Source: Christensenellaceae bacterium (GTDB lineage: Bacteria > Bacillota > Clostridia > Christensenellales > Borkfalkiaceae). From it: a stretch of DNA of 64,000 nt. This document shows, piece by piece, positions 46,873 through 55,458 of this stretch. Below the pieces are notes generated by a model, which searched no databases, was not told where the DNA came from, and saw only the letters and a list, made by a program, of their open reading frames with translations. Each line of letters opens with the position of its first letter. Positions within the stretch are counted from its first letter, which is position 1. A program made the position numbers and the translations under genes. The stretch covers positions 97,960 to 161,959 of the forward strand of contig JAZRSH010000029.1 of NCBI GenBank assembly GCA_045651405.1. The letters run 5' to 3'.

Positions 46873-47181
46873 TTATTTAGCAGCGATTTCAACAATCTTT
46901 ACTTGAGTGAAAGGTTGTCTATGACCTTGTTTTTTCCTTTCATTCTTTTTTGCTTTGTATTTAAACACGATAATCTTTTTAGCTTTATCTTGTTTAATAA
47001 CTTCGCCAGTTACTTTGAATGCATCAGCATCCTTACCTACCTTGATACCGTTTTCATCAGATACGAGTAATACGTTGAAATCAACTTTATCACCAGCAAC
47101 TGCATTAAGTTTTTCAAACTTAACAGTATCGCCTACAGCAACTTTGTATTGTTTATTGCCGTTTTCAATAATTGCGTACAT
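46873..47181 (-). CDS. rplU: 50S ribosomal protein L21
   Basis: MYAIIENGNKQYKV...KKQGHRQPFT. Confidence 0.95.
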   Translation of the reverse strand: MYAIIENGNKQYKVAVGDTVKFEKLNAVAGDKVDFNVLLVSDENGIKVGKDADAFKVTGEVIKQDKAKKIIVFKYKAKKNERKKQGHRQPFTQVKIVEIAAK

Positions 47182-47294
47182 CTTAAATGTACCTCCTAAA
47201 TAATCTCGCCGAAACCAAGGCGACGCTGTGGTACTTTGATAGCCTTTTTCGTGCGGTTCCTATATATATTACAGTTTTTTTACTATTTTGTCAA
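47182..47294 (-). promoter_or_regulatory. rplU-rpmA promoter and ~75-nt leader (possible L21-leader-type element)
   Basis: On the minus strand: TTGACA (47294-47289), 17 nt spacer, TAATAT (47271-47266). The leader contains the hairpin TCGCC..GGCGA just before AGGAGG. Confidence 0.55.
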
Positions 47295-47350
47295 CTGTTT
47301 AAGCATACTTTTTATCTTGATACGCAAACTGTAGTAAAAGGAGAGTGGAA

Positions 47351-47788
47351 ATGAGTCAAAAAGATATTAATTTAGATACCGTTAATGAAATATACAAAAA
47401 CGCAAGCGTTGCCTTGCTTTCAATTTCTAACGTACTATCTGATACTGAAAATTTAGAGCTTAAAAAAGAACTTCAAGAAGAGTATGACGGGTATGAAAAA
47501 TTACTTGGTGAAATTACCGCGTATATGTCAGAAAAGGGTTACGAGGCAAAGGAACTTGGTGCTGTTAAGAAAATGTTTATGTCTTCGGGAATTAAAATGA
47601 ATACCGCTATGGATAATACCGAAGGGCATATCGCTCAAATTATGATAAAGGGCACGGTAATGGGCATCACTGAACTTTGTAGACTTCTTAATAATACCGA
47701 GTGTAACGATAGTAAAATCATGGAACTCGGCGAAAGGCTTAAACAGCTTGAAGAAAACTACGAAGAGCGCCTAAAGAAATTTTTATGA
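47351..47788 (+). CDS. hypothetical helical protein
   Basis: ATG 47351 with AAAGGAGAG upstream. No motif recognised. Confidence 0.55.
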   Translation: MSQKDINLDTVNEIYKNASVALLSISNVLSDTENLELKKELQEEYDGYEKLLGEITAYMSEKGYEAKELGAVKKMFMSSGIKMNTAMDNTEGHIAQIMIKGTVMGITELCRLLNNTECNDSKIMELGERLKQLEENYEERLKKFL

Positions 47789-47819
47789 GAAATCTTTATA
47801 TGCTAACTAAATCCACAAC

Positions 47820-47916
47820 CATTTTGCTTGCAAAATGATATAACCGTTTTGAATACAAAACGATATAACGCAAGACTTGTCTTGCATATAACTCTTTACG
47901 AAGTAAAGAATATAAC
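47820..47916 (+). repeat. array of four different perfect 7-bp hairpins, each followed by invariant ATATAAC
   Basis: CATTTTGcttgCAAAATG-ATATAAC-CGTTTTGaataCAAAACG-ATATAAC-GCAAGACttGTCTTGC-ATATAAC-TCTTTACgaaGTAAAGA-ATATAAC. Confidence 0.9.
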
Positions 47917-47947
47917 TAAAAACAAGACTAACTTAGTCTTGTTTTTT
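47917..47947. terminator. bidirectional terminator overlapping the stop of the minus-strand ORF
   Basis: AAAAACAAGACT aactt AGTCTTGTTTTTTT. The stop of 47933..48859 lies in the loop/3' arm. Confidence 0.8.
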
Positions 47948-48859
47948 TATTATTTCGCCAGTTTTTGCCTCTTGAAAAATCATGCAAAAGCCCTTGCCTT
48001 TTAAATCGTAATTTGATAAAGGAATAAAAGAAAATTTATCTAATATCTCGTTAGGAATTTCGTTAAAATGCCTTTCTACACCGTAGCAAATGAATTTAAC
48101 TTGGCTATTTTCATAAATTTTTCCAACGTAATAAAACTTGTTTTCCGCGTAATGAATTTTAACAAATTTACCATTTGGTAGCCTTTCATTAAGGTCGTTA
48201 CATTGCTCAAAATTTACAAAAAGGTCGTCAAGTTTATCTTTTATTTTTTCGTAAAAATCCCCCCTTTCGAAAGGGTGTAAATCCGTTTCATACTTTCCAA
48301 ACTCAACTTCATTTTCTTCGATTTTTTCTGCTTTTTTAGTTGTTTGATGCAAAGCAACATCTTGGTTATATAAACTTTTTGGTTCATCGTTTAATTCGTA
48401 GTAATTTTCTTCGGCGATGCACTCGTCGTCGTAGCTGGTGATTCCTTCTTTTTTAAAAAGTAACGCACCTTCTTCCGCCTTGAAATTTTGCTCCTTTCCA
48501 TTTTCCTTAAATTTCTTCTTTGCATAACTTGTAATACCGTTTATATCATAAAAACTTTTGCCGTATATTCCATAGCAAATTAATTCTTCATTATTAAATA
48601 ACGCAACGCAAAAACCTAAACTAACTTTAAAATTTTGATAAACAATTTTAAACTTTTCCTTATCGGTTACCTTTTCTACTTTAATATCCTTTTCTTCGCC
48701 CGAAATAAACAGGGTGTAATCATAACCTAATTTGCCTGAAAAATTAAAGTTTAAAGTCGTTTTATCATCTAAACTTTCTACAATTACTAACCCTTTTATC
48801 TGGCTTGTTGAATTAAATGCGTTTTTAATAGCAACAACTTTTTTAAAGTAATTTATCAT
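47933..48859 (-). CDS. hypothetical protein (308 aa)
   Basis: Long ORF. N- and C-terminal halves share a (L/F)ICYG(I/V) segment. No clear RBS seen. Confidence 0.5.
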   Translation of the reverse strand: MINYFKKVVAIKNAFNSTSQIKGLVIVESLDDKTTLNFNFSGKLGYDYTLFISGEEKDIKVEKVTDKEKFKIVYQNFKVSLGFCVALFNNEELICYGIYGKSFYDINGITSYAKKKFKENGKEQNFKAEEGALLFKKEGITSYDDECIAEENYYELNDEPKSLYNQDVALHQTTKKAEKIEENEVEFGKYETDLHPFERGDFYEKIKDKLDDLFVNFEQCNDLNERLPNGKFVKIHYAENKFYYVGKIYENSQVKFICYGVERHFNEIPNEILDKFSFIPLSNYDLKGKGFCMIFQEAKTGEIIKKQD

Positions 48860-48969
48860 ATATATAATATATTAATTTTAGCCGATAAAAATAACGTAAT
48901 TTATCGAAAACTATTTAATTTTGCCGTAAAAACCAAAGCAAAATAAAAATAAATTTTACTTAAAAACTA

Positions 48970-48998
48970 TTTACATATTGTTATAATTATGATAAAAT
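48970..48998 (+). promoter_or_regulatory. putative promoter of pck
   Basis: TTTACA (48970-48975), 17 nt spacer, TAAAAT (48993-48998). Confidence 0.35.
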
Positions 48999-49093
48999 AG
49001 TATTGGTGTAATTTGATTTCTTTTAAACTATGTTTAAAATAGCAAAATTACTTTAAAATCTTAACGTTAAAAATTATTTAGGAGGCATTATAA

Positions 49094-50887
49094 ATGACTA
49101 ATAACAAACAAGTATTAAAGTTTGTAAACGACGCTGTAGAACTTTGTCAACCTGAAAAAGTTGTTTGGATTACAGGCGAAGAAGCTCAACTTGAAGAACT
49201 CAGAAAAGAAGCATTATCAACAGGCGAACTCATCAAACTTAACGATGAAAAACTCCCTGGTTGTTACCTTCACCGTTCTGACGTTAACGACGTTGCTCGT
49301 GTAGAAGGAAGAACTTTCATTTGTTGCAAAAACAAAGAAGACGCAGGCCCTATCAATAACTGGATGGACCCACAAGAAGCTTACTCAAAAGTAGGTGAAA
49401 TCTTCAAAGGTAGCATGAAAGGTAAAACAATGTACGTTATCCCTTACTCTATGGGTGCCGTTGGTTCTACTTTCAGTAAAGTTGGTATCGAAGTTACTGA
49501 CTCTATCTACGTAGTAGTTTCTATGAAAATTATGACAAGAATTGGCAAAGCAGTTCTTGACGTTCTTGGCGATAGCAACGATTTCGTTCGTGGTCTTCAC
49601 TCTAAAGCAGACCTTGACGCTGAAAAGAGATATATTCTTCACTTCCCTGAAGACAATACTATCTGGTCAGTTAACTCTGGTTACGGCGGAAACGTATTAT
49701 TAGGTAAAAAATGTTTCGCTCTTCGTATTGCATCTTACCAAGGTAAGAAAGAAGGCTGGATGGCAGAACACATGCTTATCTTAGGCGTTCAAAAACCTAA
49801 CGGCGAAATTAACTACATTTCAGCTGCATTCCCATCAGCTTGTGGTAAAACTAACCTTGCAATGCTTATTCCTCCTGCTGAATACCTTGAAAAAGGCTAT
49901 AAAGTATGGTGCGTAGGTGACGATATTGCTTGGATTAGAGTTGGTAAAGATGGTAGACTTTGGGCAATTAACCCTGAAAACGGTTTCTTCGGTGTTGCTC
50001 CTGGTACTAACAATCACTCTAACCCTAACGCTTTAGCATCAACTATGAAAAATGCTATCTTCACAAACGTTGGTTACAACGAAGAAGATAACACAGTTTG
50101 GTGGGAAGGTATGGAAAAAGACGTTCCTGGCAAAGTTAAACCTGCTAAACTTATTGACTGGAAAGGCAACCCTTGGACTCCTGATACCGTAGATGCTGAT
50201 GGTAAGCCAGTTAAAGCTGCTCACCCTAACAGCAGATTTACAGCTCCTGCAATCAACTGTCCTTGCATTTCTTCTGAATTTGAAGCTCCAGAAGGCGTTC
50301 CACTTACTGCAATCGTATTTGGTGGTCGTCGTGCTAAAACTGCTCCGCTCGTATACGAAGCAAGAGATTGGAACAGCGGTGTATTCGTAGGTTCTATCAT
50401 GGCATCTGAAACAACTGCTGCTGCAACTGGTGCTGTTGGTGTTGTTAGACGTGACCCTATGGCAATGCGTCCATTCGTTGGTTACAATATGGCTGACTAC
50501 TTCGCTCACTGGATTGATATGGGTGAAAAGATTGGCAAACAGCCTAAAATCTTCAACGTTAACTGGTTCAGAACTGATGATGAAGGCAACTTCATTTGGC
50601 CAGGTTTCGGTGATAACATCCGTGTTCTTGACTGGATTTTAAAGAGATGCAACGGCGAAGTTGAAGCAAGAGAAGTAGCTATCGGTTACATCCCTTACGC
50701 TAAAGACATCAACGTTGAAGGCCTTGATATCGATGAAAAGGTTATTGAAGACCTCCTTTCTGTTGATAAAGCAACTTGGCTTGAAGAAGTTAAAGGTATT
50801 AAAGAATTCTACGCTCAATTCGGTGCAAGACTTCCTAAAGAACTTGAAGTTAAACTTGCTGAACTTGAAGCTAACCTTTCTAAGTAA
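49094..50887 (+). CDS. pck: phosphoenolpyruvate carboxykinase (GTP)
   Basis: 597 aa. FPSACGKTN kinase-1a loop, WMAEHMLILG, GDDIAWI, FNVNWFR. Confidence 0.95.
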   Translation: MTNNKQVLKFVNDAVELCQPEKVVWITGEEAQLEELRKEALSTGELIKLNDEKLPGCYLHRSDVNDVARVEGRTFICCKNKEDAGPINNWMDPQEAYSKVGEIFKGSMKGKTMYVIPYSMGAVGSTFSKVGIEVTDSIYVVVSMKIMTRIGKAVLDVLGDSNDFVRGLHSKADLDAEKRYILHFPEDNTIWSVNSGYGGNVLLGKKCFALRIASYQGKKEGWMAEHMLILGVQKPNGEINYISAAFPSACGKTNLAMLIPPAEYLEKGYKVWCVGDDIAWIRVGKDGRLWAINPENGFFGVAPGTNNHSNPNALASTMKNAIFTNVGYNEEDNTVWWEGMEKDVPGKVKPAKLIDWKGNPWTPDTVDADGKPVKAAHPNSRFTAPAINCPCISSEFEAPEGVPLTAIVFGGRRAKTAPLVYEARDWNSGVFVGSIMASETTAAATGAVGVVRRDPMAMRPFVGYNMADYFAHWIDMGEKIGKQPKIFNVNWFRTDDEGNFIWPGFGDNIRVLDWILKRCNGEVEAREVAIGYIPYAKDINVEGLDIDEKVIEDLLSVDKATWLEEVKGIKEFYAQFGARLPKELEVKLAELEANLSK

Positions 50888-50888
50888 T

Positions 50889-51063
50889 AAGTTTTGATTT
50901 TTCACCTTGTTGGTTTTTAATGGCAAAACACGATAAAATCCTTTGCGTTTTTTTCAGTTTCGTACCATACAGGTACGCGCCTTCAAAATAACGCGTGGCT
51001 TTTCCCGCGTTTTATCCCTTAAAACGTGACAAGTCACTAATCAACAATTTTCAAACTCAAAAC
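50889..51063 (+). other. ~175-nt highly structured 3' region of pck (single copy in this window)
   Basis: Outer stem AAGTTTTGA (50889-50897) / TCAAAACTT (51055-51063). Inner pairs TTGTTG/CAACAA, GATAAAA/TTTTATC, CGTACC/GGTACG. Lies between the stop and the terminator. Confidence 0.5.
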
Positions 51064-51087
51064 TTAAGAGTTGAAAAACTAAAACAC

Positions 51088-51127
51088 AAAAGCGATTTCG
51101 TTACTGAAATCGCTTTTAGTTTTTTTA
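51088..51127 (+). terminator. pck intrinsic terminator
   Basis: AAAAGCGATTTC gttact GAAATCGCTTTT followed by AGTTTTTTT. Confidence 0.85.
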
Positions 51128-51180
51128 TAAATAAAAAATTTGTGAAAGGTATTGAATTTTTAATAAAATAATGTTAATAT

Positions 51181-51327
51181 AAACTATATGAAGTTAAATA
51201 TTTTGCTAACCGCAAAATCTTTGCAAAACTAACGTTTTGCCGTAAAAACTATCATTTTTACACTTCAAGTTTGAAATACTACGAAGTTTCAAACCCTTGC
51301 AAGCAAGTTTTCAACTTTTTACATATT
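51181..51327 (+). repeat. family-3 multi-hairpin repeat, copy A
   Basis: Aligns with 54203-54347. About ten substitutions in ~125 nt by hand alignment. Confidence 0.9.
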
Positions 51328-51345
51328 TAAATTAAGGTGATATAA

Positions 51346-52134
51346 ATGGCAAAAAAATTATGTTTAGCATTAGGTGCAGGCGGTTCACGCGGGATAGCAC
51401 ACGTAGGTTTTTTACAAGCCTTAGATGAAAACGGAATAAAACCAGACGCAATTGTTGGTTGTTCAATGGGTGCAGTAGTTGGCGCTTGTTATTCGGCTGG
51501 CATTACCCCTAAAGAAATGATGGAAACTGTAGATTCTTTAAAGTTTAAAGACATTGTTGATATCCATCTTTTCCCTTTCACTAAAAAGGGGCTTTTAAGG
51601 TCTGCGAAAATGCGTAAAAAAATTAATACTCTTCTTGGTCATACCAACTTTCAAGACTTAAAGATACCTTTTGCGTGTATTGCGGTTGACTTGGTAAGCG
51701 GTGAAGTTGTTACTTTAAAAGACGGGGATATTTGTGAGGCGGTAAGTGCAAGCTCGTCTATTCCAACAGTTTTTAGACCTGTAGAAATAGGAAATATGGA
51801 ACTTATTGACGGTGGCGTAATAGAAAGGGTTCCTATTCGTGTTGGCAAAGAGGAGTTTAAAGCTGACGTTATAGTTGCCGTTGACGTGCTTGGGGAACTT
51901 CGTGAATATAAACCTTTAAATAACTTACTTTCACTTCTTTTAAAAGTTATTGAAGTTAGCGATTGTCATCAGGCAAGACGTTATTATAAAAAATATCCAC
52001 CAGACTTGCTTATCGAACCAGAACTTGGCGATATGCAACAATTTAAAGTAGAAAACCTTGATTTTGCCTATGAGGAAGGCTATAAAGCAGGTTTAAAATA
52101 TATTGATAAAATTAAAGAGTTATTACAAGATTAG
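51346..52134 (+). CDS. patatin-like phospholipase
   Basis: GAGGSRG oxyanion motif, GCSMGA (GxSxG), IDGG (catalytic Asp). Confidence 0.85.
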   Translation: MAKKLCLALGAGGSRGIAHVGFLQALDENGIKPDAIVGCSMGAVVGACYSAGITPKEMMETVDSLKFKDIVDIHLFPFTKKGLLRSAKMRKKINTLLGHTNFQDLKIPFACIAVDLVSGEVVTLKDGDICEAVSASSSIPTVFRPVEIGNMELIDGGVIERVPIRVGKEEFKADVIVAVDVLGELREYKPLNNLLSLLLKVIEVSDCHQARRYYKKYPPDLLIEPELGDMQQFKVENLDFAYEEGYKAGLKYIDKIKELLQD

Positions 52135-52385
52135 TGCTTTTTGTTGTCGTTATCTATTTGCATTGACAATAAGTCGTGCTTTTTGATAACGTTTAAAATT
52201 GCTTGACTTTTAAAATAAGGCGGTGGCTCGGTTATATTTGGGCTTTCGTCTTTTTTTACGTTAGATTCTTGGTTTTTTTGTGTTTTTGTATTCAAAAAAC
52301 TACTAAGCAAGTTTTGCAAAAGGTCATTTTGTTTATCGTTATTTTGTAGTTTGCTTAGTATATCAAATAGCCCAAATTTATTCAA
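52131..52385 (-). CDS. hypothetical small protein (84 aa, TTG start)
   Basis: AAGGAGAA RBS 5-6 nt upstream of TTG at 52385. Overlaps the patatin stop by 4 nt (convergent). Confidence 0.45.
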   Translation of the reverse strand: MNKFGLFDILSKLQNNDKQNDLLQNLLSSFLNTKTQKNQESNVKKDESPNITEPPPYFKSQAILNVIKKHDLLSMQIDNDNKKH

Positions 52386-52576
52386 TATATTCTCCTTTAT
52401 TAATTAACCTATTAAAAAAACAAAAAACTCGTAAAATATCGTTAAATGAAAATGTTTTTTTGCTTTAAAATTATTGATTATTAGTTAAAATTAGTGTATA
52501 ATATATGCGTGTATACGTTATTTATAACTATGCGTTAAATTTAAATTATATTCCAATACAAAAAGGGAGTTTTTTA

Positions 52577-54172
52577 ATGAAAAAATTATTAGTAACTTTA
52601 ATTACCGCAATACTTGTTTTAACAATGGCAATCGGTTGTGGTGAAGATGCAGCTACCCCAGTATCAGGGGTTAACGGCAACGTTAAGTCTGACAATGGCT
52701 CTTTCGCTGTAGAAATGGACGATTACGTTTATTTTATCAACGGTAAAAGCTCAAATACTGAAGATAACACTTTCGGTAAACCTGAAAAAGCATCTTTAAT
52801 GCGTGTTAAAACTTCAGACCTTGCAAACCCTGAAAATGCTACAGCGGAAATGGTTATTCCTAAACTCATTTTAACTGATTCATATAAAACAGGCGTATAC
52901 TTCTACGACCATTATGTTTATTATGCAACTCCTTCACTTAAAAAGGATAAAAAGGGTAACATTAAAGTTGACCAAACTGAATTTTACAAGTTTAACTTAA
53001 AAACTGGTAAAAACGAAGGTTCTGAAATTGCTATCAGCGTTGATGATTCAGTAGAATATAGATTTATCCAAGTAGATGGTAAAGTATATCTTTTATTCGT
53101 TGAAACTGAAACTCATGACGAACACTCTCACTCAACTTTAAAAGTTTACAATGCTACTGATAAAAAAGAAGTTTACACTTCTCCTGAATTTGCAGAAATG
53201 CTTATGCCTGAAGATAACAGCGCTAACGTTTACTTCACAAAATTAAGCGAAGGTATTAAAGAAGATTCTGAAGCAGCATTCCACGACTTATATCGTTATA
53301 CTGTAGGTAGTGATTCTGCAACTTTAGTTCGTTCTGGTACTGGTACTGTTGATTTAGAGTATAATGACAGAAAGAATACTGTTAGCGATAAACGTTTTGA
53401 TGAAAGCGGTTTCCAAGGTGTAACAATCAATCTTATTAAAAATACAGGTAAGTATTTAATTACTAAGATTTCTACACTTGACTCTTCTAACAAAGCAACA
53501 GTTTACTACGGTTTTGAACTTGAAACAGATGCTGACTTAAAAAATGAAGTTAGACTTGGTGCATCTGAAACTAACAGTACTGATAAAGCGTTTACTGCTA
53601 CGTCTTACTATAAATCACTTGAAGAAGTTTACTACATTGAATCAAGTGCAACTGGTCCTAAAGGTTTAATTTTATTCGAATACGAAAAAATTAACGACGC
53701 AGACAAAACTAAAGGTAGAACTATTATCAGTAGTAAATGTAGCGATTTAGCTATCCAATTCGTTCAAGGCAACTATATGTATCTTGCTAAAACAGCTGAA
53801 GGTATTTACTATAGATTAGACCTTAGCGATGCTAAGGCAGAACCTAAACAAATTAACGGCGTATCAATGGCAACTTCAACAAGTTGGTTTTCACCAGTTG
53901 TAGTAGGCAATAGATACTTTATCGGTTCGTATACTAAAGATTTCTACAAAAACTACGTTTACGTTATCGATATGGATGGCATTGATGCTGAACCAGCAGA
54001 AGGCGAAGATGATAATGAATTTACTAAAAAATACATCACTCCGTTTGCTGATGCTGAAAACATTGAAAGGGAATCTATTGAAAACCTTTTAAAAACTCGT
54101 ATTGGTAAAATAACTGATGCTGATAAAACAGCTATTGAAGAACTTTTAGAAGATACTTATTCTGAAGATTAA
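52577..54172 (+). CDS. lipoprotein, beta-propeller-like (DUF5050-like) hypothetical
   Basis: Start moved to MKKLLVTLITAILVLTMAIGCGED (lipobox, RBS AAGGGAG). Recurrent YVYF/YVYY-type motifs. Confidence 0.6.
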   Translation: MKKLLVTLITAILVLTMAIGCGEDAATPVSGVNGNVKSDNGSFAVEMDDYVYFINGKSSNTEDNTFGKPEKASLMRVKTSDLANPENATAEMVIPKLILTDSYKTGVYFYDHYVYYATPSLKKDKKGNIKVDQTEFYKFNLKTGKNEGSEIAISVDDSVEYRFIQVDGKVYLLFVETETHDEHSHSTLKVYNATDKKEVYTSPEFAEMLMPEDNSANVYFTKLSEGIKEDSEAAFHDLYRYTVGSDSATLVRSGTGTVDLEYNDRKNTVSDKRFDESGFQGVTINLIKNTGKYLITKISTLDSSNKATVYYGFELETDADLKNEVRLGASETNSTDKAFTATSYYKSLEEVYYIESSATGPKGLILFEYEKINDADKTKGRTIISSKCSDLAIQFVQGNYMYLAKTAEGIYYRLDLSDAKAEPKQINGVSMATSTSWFSPVVVGNRYFIGSYTKDFYKNYVYVIDMDGIDAEPAEGEDDNEFTKKYITPFADAENIERESIENLLKTRIGKITDADKTAIEELLEDTYSED

Positions 54173-54202
54173 AATACATTTCCACCGAATTTCAAGTAGT
54201 GT

Positions 54203-54347
54203 AAACTATAAGAAGTTAAAGATTTTGCGAAACGCAAAATCTTTGCAAAACTTCCGTTTTGCTGTAAAAACTAAAGTTTTTACACTTCAAGTTTGAAATA
54301 CCACGAAGTTTCAAACCCTTGCAAGCAAGTTTTCATCTTCTTATATT
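54203..54347 (+). repeat. family-3 multi-hairpin repeat, copy B (outer stem extends to ~54181-54375)
   Basis: Closing helix TATAAGAAG / CTTCTTATA. An additional flanking inverted repeat TCCACCGAA (54181-54189) / TTCGGTGGA (54367-54375). Confidence 0.9.
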
Positions 54348-54386
54348 ATCGATTATTTACTTGCGTTCGGTGGATTTTAGTTTGTT

Positions 54387-55445
54387 ATGAAAATTTTAGC
54401 ATATGATATTGAAAGTACTACGGGTAGCCATACCGACGGTAGTATGTGTTCTTTTGGTTACTGCTCGATTGATGAGGGTTTAAACATTATCAAGCAAGAA
54501 GACTTGGTAATGCGCCCTAACACAAGGCGGTTTGAAACCAAAATAAAACTTCATTATGAAAAAGACTATATCAAAAAGTGTGAGAGATTCCCACACTTTT
54601 ATGAGCATATAGTAAATCTTTTTAAAGAACACGATTATATCATAGGTTTTTCCGTTTTAAACGACGTAGAGTTTTTAAACAATGCTTGCCACGTTTATAA
54701 CCTTAAAGAAATTGAATACGATTTTATTGATATTCAACTTTTATACAAAACGGTATACAATAGGCCTTCTTTAACGGCACTTTCAACTATAGCTGAAGAG
54801 TTAAATATAGAATATTTAGCGCATCGTTCTGATGAAGATGCCAGGGTAACCTTTTTAATATTAAAACACATTTTAAAGGACAAAAATTTAACGGTTGAAG
54901 AACTTCTTAAAAAGTACCACATTACCCCTGGTCTTAATAGAGTTGGCGACGTTACGCCTTGTTCTAACGGTGTGTTTACAAAACGCGAAATGAATTACCT
55001 TATCTTAGATTTCGTGCAAAAATACTATAAACATTCAAGGCGATATAAAGGTGGGTTATCTCAAAAAACTTTTGCCTTTACCGATGAATTTAAGTTTGGC
55101 GATATCGATAAATTTAGGCGAATTTTAAAAAGGATTTATGAACTTAACGGTAGGGTTAGTTCAATAGAAACTTCTAACGTTTTAGTTAGTAGCGAAGAAG
55201 TTTTAGCCCCTAAATATCAAAAAGCCGTTGATGCAAGAAATACAGGTAAAACTCGCATAGAAGTAATAAACGAAGAAAAATTTATGAAAATGCTTGGTAA
55301 TACTATTCCATATATAGATTTTTCTAACGATATTACCTTGATTAAAGACCATAGGCACGAACTTAAAAGGCAAAGGGTTGAAAATAGAAAAAAGAGGATT
55401 GCTGAAACAAAACAGCAAAATCAAAATAAAACAGAAAATAAATAA
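54387..55445 (+). CDS. DEDDh 3'-5' exonuclease domain protein with C-terminal extension
   Basis: ILAYDIEST (Exo I), GFSVLNDVEFL (Exo II), HRSDEDARV (Exo III H-x4-D). Lys/Arg-rich tail. Confidence 0.75.
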   Translation: MKILAYDIESTTGSHTDGSMCSFGYCSIDEGLNIIKQEDLVMRPNTRRFETKIKLHYEKDYIKKCERFPHFYEHIVNLFKEHDYIIGFSVLNDVEFLNNACHVYNLKEIEYDFIDIQLLYKTVYNRPSLTALSTIAEELNIEYLAHRSDEDARVTFLILKHILKDKNLTVEELLKKYHITPGLNRVGDVTPCSNGVFTKREMNYLILDFVQKYYKHSRRYKGGLSQKTFAFTDEFKFGDIDKFRRILKRIYELNGRVSSIETSNVLVSSEEVLAPKYQKAVDARNTGKTRIEVINEEKFMKMLGNTIPYIDFSNDITLIKDHRHELKRQRVENRKKRIAETKQQNQNKTENK

Positions 55446-55458
55446 AAGGGGAGTTTTT

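Noticed and set aside
47820-47916. CRISPR array interpretation of the ATATAAC-spaced hairpins.
   Set aside because: The constant unit is only 7 nt and the variable units are 16-18-nt palindromes. No cas genes or leader are present. The geometry is the opposite of CRISPR (repeats of 24-48 nt with non-palindromic spacers).
51181-54375. Composite transposon or genomic island bounded by the family-3 direct repeats.
   Set aside because: The bracketed segment contains no transposase, integrase or recombinase, no target-site duplication that I could identify, and ordinary-looking genes. It is reported only as direct repeats with recombination potential.
51346-55445. Anti-phage defence system (patatin effector plus nuclease, CBASS-like).
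   Set aside because: No cyclase/nucleotidyltransferase, sensor, ATPase or other partner genes are present. The patatin is a short RssA-like housekeeping type. It is separated from the exonuclease by a lipoprotein gene and a repeat.
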